This document shows positions 37,201 to 49,200 of a DNA stretch of 64,000 bases, in pieces; the stretch's first letter is position 1, and each line of letters starts with the position of its first letter. The position numbers and the translations under genes were made by a program. Below the pieces are notes generated by a model. The model was not told the DNA's origin. It searched no databases and saw only the letters and a list, made by a program, of their open reading frames with translations. Source of the DNA: Haplodiscus bocki (taxonomy: Eukaryota); NCBI GenBank assembly GCA_965655095.1, contig OZ296651.1, positions 4,402,001 through 4,466,000 of the forward strand, given 5' to 3'.

Positions 37201-40200
37201 AGTGTCGTCAAACTGATGAACAACTCATCTTACGGTCAGACCCTTAAAAGCGGAAGGAATCGAGTGTCCCCTAAGCTAGTGTTTATTTTTATAACTGCAT
37301 AATTTATATAACTGCATAATGACTTTCAATTTCGGAAACAAGTTGGTTGGCGAACGAATCCGACAGTCTGGGACTATTCCGAAAATGTATTCTTTTCTGA
37401 TCGGAGGATTGCATGAATTATCAGCCAATGATGGCACTCAACTTGCGCAGCGGCAGCTTACTCACGATCATCACAAAAAAGTCCTAAAATCAGGAAAAAC
37501 TCTGGATACAGTCAACTCAAGAATGGGATGGAAGCTCCATCAGCTACAAAAATATACAGTGTAAAAGTTATCCTTAACTAACTTTGACGACAAGTGTTTC
37601 ATCTGAGAGGACGGCGTAGCAACTTTGTCGACTGGACACTACTTCATAAGAGACGTTCATGTTTCCCAAAGCATCACACATTACTTTGATTGGGGTACGA
37701 GGAAGCACCACCAAGTGCAACGTGGGATGCCCTGATTGGCAATCACCCCATTCAAGCCATTGGTGAAACTCAAAACGAATGAATCTCCTATCGGATGCTG
37801 AGTCATCGCAATTTGAAAACGCACGTTTATCGTTAACACAACAGAAGATGGAGGCTCTGGTCACCACCCGATGCTGGCTTGCATTCAGGAGTTCTTAGTT
37901 TGGGAGTTGGGAGATGAGATACTTGATTTCGGTCAAGGTTTCGTGCTGGAGCAAATTCCGGAGCGCAATCCATTCATAAACGATGCATTAGATGGAGCTT
38001 CGGAGGAACCCGCCAAAGAATGCGACAGATTTTTTTTTTAATGAAGAGACTGTCCAGTCGTTGTGTTCCTTACACGGAAGATGAAGCAAATGCACTGCAG
38101 GACTTGGAATATTTGATTGATTTTGACAACTGGTACAGTGATGAAGATGTCGATAACCTCAGACTGGCGAAAAGTGGACGCCATCAGATGAAAATTGGCT
38201 GCGAATGAAAACAGACGGTTCGTGTGTGATGTGATAAAACTCGAGATAGATTCCTGTTGCAATGGCTCTGTGTAATCAATTCGCATAATGTAATAAATTT
38301 TGAGATTTGTCTTTACTATGTAAGATACTACTCTCAAGTACTTGCTCAATGTTACCTCAAGTGGTTTCAATTTGAATGAATTCAATTTTTTGGTAAAATC
38401 TTATTGCGCGAATCAACAACTGTTGGAAAGTCACAGCAGTAAAGAGAGAGTCCAAGAGAAGTTAAACTCTTTTCTTATATAGATGCCTACTGCTAGCCAA
38501 AACAATCCAAAGGGTCCAAATATGTATGCGTATATTACGTATGTTCCATCAGTTTTCCGCTAGTTGCGTAATGCCAGCCGAAACACTGCAATAGTCCAAG
38601 TATGTATGCCAATACTGGGTACATTCCAACATTCTTTCACTATCAAGATGCGTACAGGATGCCCGAACAGCCTATGTGTCCAAATATGTCTTCGTATTCT
38701 CTGTATATTGCATTAATCTGTCACTTTATAGATGGCTCCTGCAAGCAAAAGCAATCTAAGGTTCCAACTGTATGCGTGGAGTATGTACATTCCGTCACTC
38801 CTCCACTGTGCAGATGCCTTCTGCCACCCAAAAAATCTGAGAGTCCAAAATTTTTCTGCCTTCACTAGGCAAATTCGAACAATCTTTCACTTTGAAGTTG
38901 CCTACGGGATGCTAAAATAGTCTATGAGTCCAAATATGTATGCGTACTCTCTGTACATTGCATCAATCTGCCACAATATAGATGCCTTCTTCAAGCCAAG
39001 TCTATCTACGCGTCCAAATATCTATGCCTTTTCTAGTTATAATCCAGCAATCTTTCACTATATAGATGCGTACTGCCAGGCAAAACATTCTAATAGTCCA
39101 AATTTGTATGCCTATACTAGGTTTACTCCACCATTTTTTTTTCATTTTATAGTTGTGTTTTAATGTACTTGACTTCTTAGTTATTCATGCTGTTAGGAAT
39201 CCTACTGCTCTTCAAACATCCTCGCTAAGCACCCTGTTACGTGATGTGCTTCAGTGTCACGTTATGCATGTTAGTTCTATGCGTGATATTATCCTGTCAG
39301 ATTTCAAGTATGGGATTGTTTCTAAATGTTCTTCGGTCTGATGAAGAAAAAATGGAAAGCAATGGTCAGTTGATCACAACAACAAACGTAGTTCGAAGGT
39401 GAATGAAAAAACTTGACCTGGAAATAATCAGTTGCGTGGGCTTTAAATTAGATGCCATTCGATTGATTCTTAGGCCGGAAGAGTTATTGGTGAAAATGCA
39501 TGCGAACAAAAGTCTGAATCTGGTTCTCACCACCGCAACTAAATGAAATCCAGCACCCTCAATCCGACATGCTAAGGCAGTGCATTAGTGTAGTAGTCGA
39601 TTCATTCATGTACTCTAAACTTTTTCAAATAAGCGAATGGGTTTGAAAGTATTTCAATAACTTCAATGTCTCCGGGACTTCCATAGCGCCGAGTAAACGC
39701 TTTCGATAAAGTTTTTTGTACCACACAAAGAAATCACATTATTTTCAACCGAGGAATCATTTAATCCTTCTATTGTTTTCGTTTTCTTGGCAACGTATGA
39801 TATGCCAATTCCTCTTGCATTAGGGGCTTTTACAGTTGAAACTTGAACTGGGCTCATTCTACCACGACCCTCTTGTTTGACGGTACGGTATAATGGGCCT
39901 CATTGCCAATACAATTCAAATGCTCCGCCTCTATCACGTCGATGTTCAGCTTTGCGGTTTTTAGAGCCCCTAAGATTAACTGCACGATCACGCTCTTTTT
40001 TCAACCAGCCCAAAAAACTTGCTCGAGGGATTGTCAAATTTTCATTTTGCAAAAGTTCCATCTCCCGCGATTCTTTTTGAGTTACTTTGAACAACTGCGT
40101 TTATTTTTCTGATTTTTAGTTGTCTACAAAAGTTGCCATTGTCCTCATGTGAAAATTGTTATATGACAGACCAGACCTCTTTTATTCGCAACAACTAACT

Positions 40201-43200
40201 CATGCATCATGTATTATGTTGGATTTCACGTCCGTCATCGTGTAGCATAGATTGCAAGACTTCATAGGCGAGGGTCATCAAGAAATCAATGGTATCTGGC
40301 TCTTTCATCCTTAGCGGTTGTGAGAACAATTGAACCAAGTCTTTAATCTTCTTAGATTTGACTAAACGCCCTAGCTTTGTCTTGGGTTTCTTGAATTCAA
40401 TTCCCGCTTACAGCTCCTTTCAAAGATCAAACTAGCTAGTTCCAATAGAAGCCCAAAAGTAGGAGCCCAGTATGTAATTATATTTTGTACCCCTGAAATG
40501 ACTACCAGCTCAAGAATTCCAGCTCTTGAATTTGTGCGACTCAAGAGTTAATGGGTCGAATTCCAGTATTATCAAGCGTCAGACAGTTTGTGATTACAGA
40601 ATAAACGAACATTTCGAATAGAGCGTCATGAAAACTGTCATAATTTGTTTACCATACCAGGTACATAATACCTGGTTGACTTCTCGGCTAAATAGTGTGA
40701 TATGAAAACAATGTGGCATAGATTGAAAACTATTCAAATGTAATACACTGGCATATTGCAATCATTATGACTCATCAAAATTCTAATTACTACCCAATAT
40801 TGCAAATCAGTTGGAGGAGTACTGAAGCCTGGTTCAATAAATTTCAACGACGCACAAAAGTTGCCACATGAGGTTCGAATCCGGGGGAAGCGATTGGTGC
40901 ATTATTACAAAGCACAAAAATGCAGTTACAACACTTTCAACTCAGTAGCATATAAAAAGGTTCTCCATCGGATCGTTGGGCGGATAGATACGTTCTCTGG
41001 CCGACGGACTTGAACTTTCCGTCAGCGGAGGTTCGAATTCGGGCGTGAAGAAATTTTTACGTCACACCCCCTCCCCATTGATTTGACGGACTCATATAGC
41101 AACAAACTACTAACATGTATTATCTCGCACCATTAGGGCAACTAGACAGGGACACTTGGGGTTGGCTGTGGTAAGAGGTGTCGTTTCGTATTGCTCGCAG
41201 ATAGCTGACATGCGCCTTAGTACCACAGTTCAAAAACATTCAGTCGATTCCGATAAAACTCACCAAGACTGCAATCTTCTGCCACATCTTACAACTGACC
41301 ACTCCTATGATTGGAGAAGACGCTCTGTTTTAATCGTTGTTCAAGTTATTGCGCATCCGCAATATTTTTCCAAGCTGTATTTCTCCTCACGATTGCCGTT
41401 TTTACGTCGTTTTACTTGTCCATATCATAGCAGTTCATTGGTCTCAGGTAAGTGATTTGTTCTACTTGGTCATTGAGTTGGTTTTCCATTCAAATCTTGA
41501 TTGTTAGAGTTTCTCTGTACTGTATTTTTCAGTTTTTTGGCTTCTTGAAAACTCAGTTGTACTTGTTCGATTTTCCAGCGTGCTGACTTGTTTTAATTGA
41601 ATATAAGGCGAATGACTGCTATAGTCATTCGTACTTGATACATTTGTTATATTTTTGAGAATTAACTGAGTTAATCAGCTTACTGTTCAATTGCTTGATC
41701 AGTAGTTTTTTTAGAACGTTGTGCCTTTCAATAATCAGCCATACTTGTTGAATTTTTTTCACTGGCTTTCCGTTGGCGGAAGTGTTACGAATCACTTTTT
41801 CTTAAGTGCCTATTCTTTCCTTCATTTATTTGCACAACTATCATTTATTTATTTGCTCAATTTGTTCCCACCGGACACTTTGAATCGGAGTTTTCATAAC
41901 TCTGCCGAAGAATCTTCGCTCAAAGTCCGATTTTTGTACAAAAGCTCGGAAAAACATTAATTTATGAGATGTCTCCTAAAACTTTTTCCCAAAATGTTCC
42001 TTTGGACATGTAGATTGCAGTTTTGGCCACCCTGCTGAGAATTATTGCTCAAAATTCTAATCAATATCTAAAGCTGTAGATTTTCCAAAAAACGCTGATA
42101 ATATTCATCTGAATACCTAGAAATGAGTTTAGAGAAATGTCTATTTTTCTATTTACTGTGCTAAGAGGGGGCCGCATTGCACCCTAGGGTGCCTGTTTTT
42201 TGTGAAATTGTCAGCGATCTTTTTGGAGCCATTACTTACCGCCCTCAACGGAAATTATCGCGGCGCTGCTGCACTTCTTGTGTGTAGTTTTTAACTGTAA
42301 GATTTTCTCCAGATTTCGATCGATTTTGTGAAATTTATGCTCAAATTCTTCCCACGTTTGCTTCTGATTCCGACATGAGTCAAATTTTCAATTGTTTCTC
42401 TTCAACTACTTTCTCAGTTTTTTCTTTTACGACTTCATCGAAAGTATTTCAAATTTGAATTTTCAGAACATTTTTTAGAGCCTTTGTTCCAATATTTTGT
42501 AAATGATGGTCCAAACAATGAAACTGATGCTTATGATGTCAGGTTGTGTCGTTTTTCTGAATGTTTTTCCTGCTAAACTACCCAACCATCTCTTCTCATT
42601 TGCGGCTTCCTGCACAAGTTTTGTATGTAACTTCATAACCGGAAGATTTTCTCACATTTTGTCTCAATTTTTCATGATTATTGTCCAGTTACTGCTACAA
42701 ATGCCTTTGATGTCATTAGTCTGTTTTTTAAATGCTTTCTCTCTGAAGCTACTCTCTCAATTTTTTTGTCAAGCTTAGTTGAGAGCATATCATATGTAGA
42801 TTGATATTTCAAAAATTAAGGGCAATTTTGGCCCCAAATTCGTCTGATGCCGATTTTGGTCAAATTCCCAATTACTGTTTCTCTGACACTACCCACTCGA
42901 TTTCATCTTTTTTACCGTTTAATTGACAGGAGTTTTTGTGAACATTCACTTAACGTGATGATTTTCACCTTTTGTTCATTTGCTGATAATTTTCTGCAAA
43001 TTTTGCTACACATGCATATGATTTCAATTTTTGTCATTCTTCCAAAATATTTTATTTCTTGTAAGCTACCACCTAGCTTCTTTTCAGTCATGGCCTATTC
43101 TGTGCACTTTTATTTGTGATTTTTTAGGACAGCAGTTTTTCGATCTTTTGTTCCAATTTTTATCGGACGGCGTTTTATGTCCATTTTAGTTGTTTTTGCT

Positions 43201-46200
43201 GTTAAACTACCCTTCCAACTTCTGTCACCTGAAATGTAGTCAAAAGAGCTTTCTTTCTAGATTGCTTCAAGTGGATCGGTATAATTGCGCAAGCAGTGTT
43301 TCAAAGGCATATGGTGTTGATTTTCGCCAATATACCATTTGGTTCCTCTTCGAGCAGGCACTGGGTTTTTTCGTTATAAAGCCTAACCGAAAGCCTGTAC
43401 TGTGTGTACTGATATGAATGGAGCGTGACTTGACTTTTTTGTACAAATAACCTGTTTTCTAGAAATGATGTCCCTTACATCACTTGAGAATCATCTGTCG
43501 CATCTAGTCATTTTTCAAATTGCTTCTTATCAACTTTTGAAATATTTTTCATCGGGGAACTAATCGGGAGTTTTCTCTGTAGGATGATGAACTTCAAAAA
43601 CACTTTTGCTATTAGTGGTTTCAATTCCAACAACTTTCGGTCGACTTTTTAAGGGGAACATGTTGTCGATTTTCCTTACTTCGCAAAATGTTTTTCAATT
43701 TTTTCATTTGGGGCATTATCAGAAACCTATCGTATGTTGATTCACCGGTGCTCATTTTTAAGTTAACCTCTTAGATTTCATTATGTTGTGCAACTGAATA
43801 CAGTCGGTCATTTCCAAGACGTTTGTTCAATTCGATTTTCAAGACCAGATAAAAATTTTTGACAATCAGTCAATTGTCTATCAAGGAGTTGCCTCGGTCG
43901 TGCGCTGAAGCATTTTTGCCTGTGCAGAAGCATTTTTGCCTCTAGTCTTCACTTTGCTCTCAATCGACCAACTTCTGCTAACAGTGGAGTATTCTAGCAT
44001 GGTTTAGAGATCGCTTTCCGTTTCTGCAAGCAAGAGTAGCGTCTGCATAGCCAATTATATTGACTTTTCTGCAACCCTCCTTACAATTTTTTAAGCTTTT
44101 TGCTGATGATACCGTACTGAATGAGTTAACGTTGTCTGATCTGATTGGTTATTCACTGCTGTTTTGCCTTCTGCTTGATGCTGCACCTTCTTTCTGAGCT
44201 TATAAATTACTCCAACCAGTGCCTCTACCATGTTTCGATTTTCAACTACAAAAAAAAGCCAAGCGTCGGGCTCATTATTGAGATACTTGGATTTTTTGCA
44301 GGTGCAGATTTCACCTAGATTGATGCATACCAAAACAGGGGGCAGATAGCCGCCTTCGGCGGAGACCACAGTGCAGCGCCCGGCTATGGCGGAATAAATG
44401 TACCGCTGATGCCCCTTGCTGACGAAATTTTCTAGCCGTTTTTAATCAGTGCCTACAATACTACTGGATATCTTTTTCATCCTCCTCCTACTCCTCCTCC
44501 CCCGCCCCCACACACATACGTTGAAAAGTTTACTTCTTCACGTTCAATTTGAAAACCATAACAAGACGGCAGGCTAGCACCGGCATATTTTCCGCCTTCC
44601 CTTTCTTGTAAAGATGCCTTTTAAAAAGATGAAAGCGTTTTTTTTTCAAATAACTTCTAATTTTTCCAACTTTTAAAATTTTTGATTTTCTGCCAAAAAT
44701 AACATTGAAGGTGGAAAAGACATTTTAAAAGAAATAACTCATGTGATACGCATTCTATAGCAACTTTGCTGCCTTTAGCGAGTTTGAAAAATTCAAGTTT
44801 TTTTTGGAAAAGAAACCGATCTATATTTTCTATAGAACCCAAATTTTGAACGTTTGGAGAAACCTTACTATTTCAGTAGCATTCTCCTGCAAATGTGCTA
44901 TAATTTAGTGATGAAAACTTTTCAAGCTCAGAAGGTCTCCTGTGAAGTCGAACATCGGACAGTATCAATTGGCAATCATCGGGTCAAAAAAACGTCGGAT
45001 TTGACTGTTTTGAGTGGATGGTTTTCCTTCCATATTTTAAATATGGGCGGATAAAACAAAAAGACTTCTGGAGGCTCTTGCACATACTTTGAAGAAATTA
45101 TGAATACTAGTGCTCAAAAATTCCATTATGTAGAAAACTACATTCAAAGTTTGAAAAAAATGGGTGTGTGGGGGGTGGATGGAGGAAAAAGAGCTGGTAC
45201 TGGAATGATGTGGCGGGACATCGAACACCTGCCCAGTTACCGAGAAATTTGAAAACAATCGCCTTTTTTTTGCTTTTTCACTTTTTTGTTCGTTTTTTTT
45301 TGCAAGTAAGTTCAAAATAATGGTCCTGTTGATCAAAATTATGAATCATCATGCTTAGCCCAGTCATTTTTTGTTGTGCAAACAATTGTTATATCAGAAT
45401 CTTTTTTCTTTTTTTCCAGATCCGTTCACAACTAGCATTTGTGCCTACATTCTAATATTGCATTGGTTTTGTTCATGCGCTCTCGCTCTCTCGCAAAAAT
45501 TTGTCCACGTGACCTATTCTCTAGCCTGTGCGCTTGTTTTAATTAAATATAGAGCGATTTAACTCCTACATCCGTCCGCACTTGTTAAATTTACTTATTT
45601 ACAACTCTGACTTAATTAAATTTCGGTTTATTTTTTTTATTCAAGTACCGTGGCCCCTTCAAATTCAGTTATACTTGCTCGATATGTTCTCTAGTATTCC
45701 GTTGGCGCAAATTTTGCAAAACCCAGCTTCGCCCTCCGTGTTACAAACCAGATAAACAAACTTTCGTTCTCAACGGTTTTTGCCTGTTTCGTAATTTTTG
45801 ATTATTCCAAAAAAATCGGATGTCCTCAATTGAGGACGAAAAGACTGTCAAGGTTACATCAATAATTGATAATAATAATTATTCAAGATGTCAATTATAT
45901 TATTGGAAATGAATTATTGCAATTATTTAAGTGGTAATTCTTAACTGCCAGCCCCTGGTATTAGGCTCACTTTACCAAATTTTAAGTAACTCAATTTGTT
46001 TAAATCTGACTGTTTAAGGTAAACTTTGCATCGAAGTAGCGCCTACTTCCAAAGTAGCTACCATATCGGAAGAGCTATGTATAGGTTGTGGAATATGCCC
46101 TAAGGTAAGCAGAGGAGACTTTTTACATCAATTCAGGTCCTACGTATCTCAGTTTCTCCACGAATGTTTTTTCCAGAAATGTCCGTTTGAAGCTATCAAC

Positions 46201-49200
46201 ATTATCAATTTGCCTACAAACTTGGAGAAAGAGACCACGCATCGCTACGGTTCGAACTCATTTAAACTCCACAGGTTGTTTCTATAACTTGTCGTAATTC
46301 TATGTAATGCGTCAAAAAGTATCTTCAATGAAGAATCGAACTGACATGTTTGCAGGTTACCTGTTCCCAGAACGGGAGAGGTGTTGGGTCTTGTGGGAAC
46401 CAATGGAATTGGAAAATCGACTGCTATCAAGGTGCTGGCTGGAAAGTTGAAACCGAACTTGGGAAAGTACGAGGTAATCACAAAATTGAACTACTGATTA
46501 TTTAACGCTCAAAAACAAGGCAGTAACTGATTCGACAGAGAAAAGTCCCTGAAACGGGAAACACAAAATTTGAAAAGCACCAGAGCGTCTCTCTTTGAAG
46601 TTTTTTTGGCTTCAGACGGAAATTGTGGAAAACTTTAATTACCTGCCCTTTTGGAAACCCAAATCCTCAGACTTTTGTTCTTGGCCTGTCGGTACTTTTG
46701 CTTCTCTATTTGCAAAATGCTCTGCTTTGCTTGCCACTTTTGGTCAACTAACTAAGTATTATTTGCCTGGGCAGTAAATGAAATTTTGGAATTAGGTCAA
46801 TCACAGGGGCCTTGAAAGAACACAAGTCACTGTAATAGTCGGGTCCTTCTTAAGAGAGAGCAGACTCAAAATAAGTTGAGCAAACTCCTAATTTTTAAGA
46901 GTGCCACGATAAGTGGAAAATGTTTGTCTAGTATTTAGATTACATGTGCTGCTCCTCTATATTTTCCTGTTATATGACAATGATCTATTACTTTTAAATT
47001 GTCACCCAATCTGGAATACTTTTTACTTTGTTTTGATCTATTTTTTCTTTGATATAAGGGGAAATGTATTGGCTTTTAATAAGAAAAGGTTGCTCACACA
47101 TCCAACATATTTCTGCTTTTTTAAAGTTTTCGTCATCTTCTTCACTCATATTTGTTCTTATATATTTTTTGAAAATTACTCTCATTTCTTCTAAAGCTAT
47201 TTTACATTCAACAAATTGTTTCACACAATATGGGCCAAAATAACGCTTGTAGCTAGTTTTCAGATGATTTTCCAACTCAGAAGCTATTGTTAAACCCCAA
47301 CTGGTAGCGCTTTCTTCTTAAATGTTTATTGTGTTTCTTAATATTTATGTTAGAAGGCATCTTGTTCTTACCTTCAAAATCAGCAATCCCTAAAAAGTAA
47401 AATCTTAATTTTTGATAGAAGTCCTTAAATGCGAAAGAATCTTTTCTTGGAAAATTCATTAAACAAGGTTTATGTTCTAAATATATTTCTTGGTTATTTT
47501 AAATACATCTTTTGTTGAAAAATTAGGTGAGCAATTTCTACATAATTCTTTATCTTTTGTTCCTATGATTTTTTTTTATTTTAATTTATTTTTGAATTAA
47601 GCAATATTGATTTCTATAAAGTAATAAATCTACAATTCTCTCTCCAGAATCATGGTGTGCACTTTGCGCACACTCACCTTTGCGGAGCTTTTCGTTTTTG
47701 TATATTGGTAAAAAAACTAAGGGGCTTGCGGGGCCCTAATTCTTCTTCATCAATCTCAAAGACGTGTATTGATAAGGTTTTTACTTTTTCAAATTTGAGG
47801 ATGTCTTTAGTTTGTAATCCATTGTCAAAGTTTCTACCCTTTTTGTTTATGGTATTAAAATGTTGTATATAAATGCTAGTTAGAGAAACATCTGTTTTCG
47901 CAGGATGTAAAAGAGCTGAAGTACCAATTAGCACAGTAATTATCTTTTATCTTTTACGATTATAATTGACCTATGATTTACAGGCAGTTTAACATAACTT
48001 GTGCCTCCCATAGTATCTAATCTAGAAAGTTTGACATGCATGCTTTGTTTTCCTAACTAACTCCAACCAAATCCATTTCATTGTTTGTCTTCCTTTTCGA
48101 AAAAACATTAGGCTGTAAATTAATGTTCTTTATTGAATCTGGTGTTGTTAATTGCTTTTGTCCTAGGTTTATGCGAACCTCATTCAAATATATAATTTGA
48201 TGGGATTCATGTGCATCAGTAAAATCATGCTCTAATAACGCATAGAAAGATACAAGATATCTAAAATTGTGTCTTCTAATTATACTTGCAATAGTTCTAC
48301 AAATTTCTCTGACTAGTGGATCTTTATCAACTTCAGCAAAATAATCATAAGCTGTTATTCCAACAATACCATTAGCAAATGAAAGACCAACTGATTTTAA
48401 TTGAGATTTGTAGTAAAGTTGTTGATCTTTGTTAAGGGTAAAAGGATTAGTTGTGGCTTCTGCTCTTTTTTTGTTTTCAAATTGATTATCCTTACCAGGT
48501 TTTAGGATTGATTTTCTTGTATGAGCAATGCCTTTATTATATTTTTCTCTATTTGGTATTTCAACAAGAACTTTACAAATATGACAATGATTGTAGTTTC
48601 GTGAATTAATTTTTTTCTCACATTATCACAATGGTCTTTGGTGTTTTCATGTTACCTTTTATAGAGAAGTTGTTAATATGTATTACAAATATCGCACTCA
48701 ACTTTTTGACAATTTTGTTGTTGGTTTCTGTCATAAATACTTTGACATTTATCACATCTATTTTTTTCCTGTTTCAACTAAGAGTTCATATGATTGTAAA
48801 TGTTTTTCATATGCTTTAGGGAAAAGAGTAATGTTACGTAGGCTAGAATGGAGTTTATTTGTTTGTCCTAAATTGTAATTGTTTTTGGGATTTTATATGT
48901 TATTGATAAAGTTTATCTTGCACATTTCACACATCTTCATATTTGTAGTTCTTGACGACGACTAATTATTTTTCAGGTGTAAAATTATTTGAATTGATTT
49001 TTCATTCAGCGTAGCTTGGTGTATATTTGATTTTATATATCTGTAATAGGCAGTTCTATTGAAATGTCTATTGCCTACATGACAAAGTTTAGTATTTGGT
49101 TTGGCTTCAATTAAATTGAAAAACTCACCAGCATAAAGTTCAACTGTTTTCGTCATTTAGTTTATCCAAAAGGTAGATAAATTTTTTGTTACGTGCCAAC

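Larger units (their letters stand above)
29227..41111 (+). mobile_element. Decayed Maverick/Polinton (Adintovirus-like) element, 11.9 kb, in ABCE1 intron 1
   Basis: 6-bp TSD AACATG at 29221-29226 and 41112-41117; termini AGTTGT...ACTACT; ~240-bp imperfect TIRs; internal ATPase, protease, rve integrase, minor and major capsid and pPolB remnants. Confidence 0.92.

Noticed and set aside
41130-41700. gag-like zinc-knuckle fragment on the minus strand
   Set aside because: Only one degenerate, frameshifted CxxCG...H motif; too weak to call.
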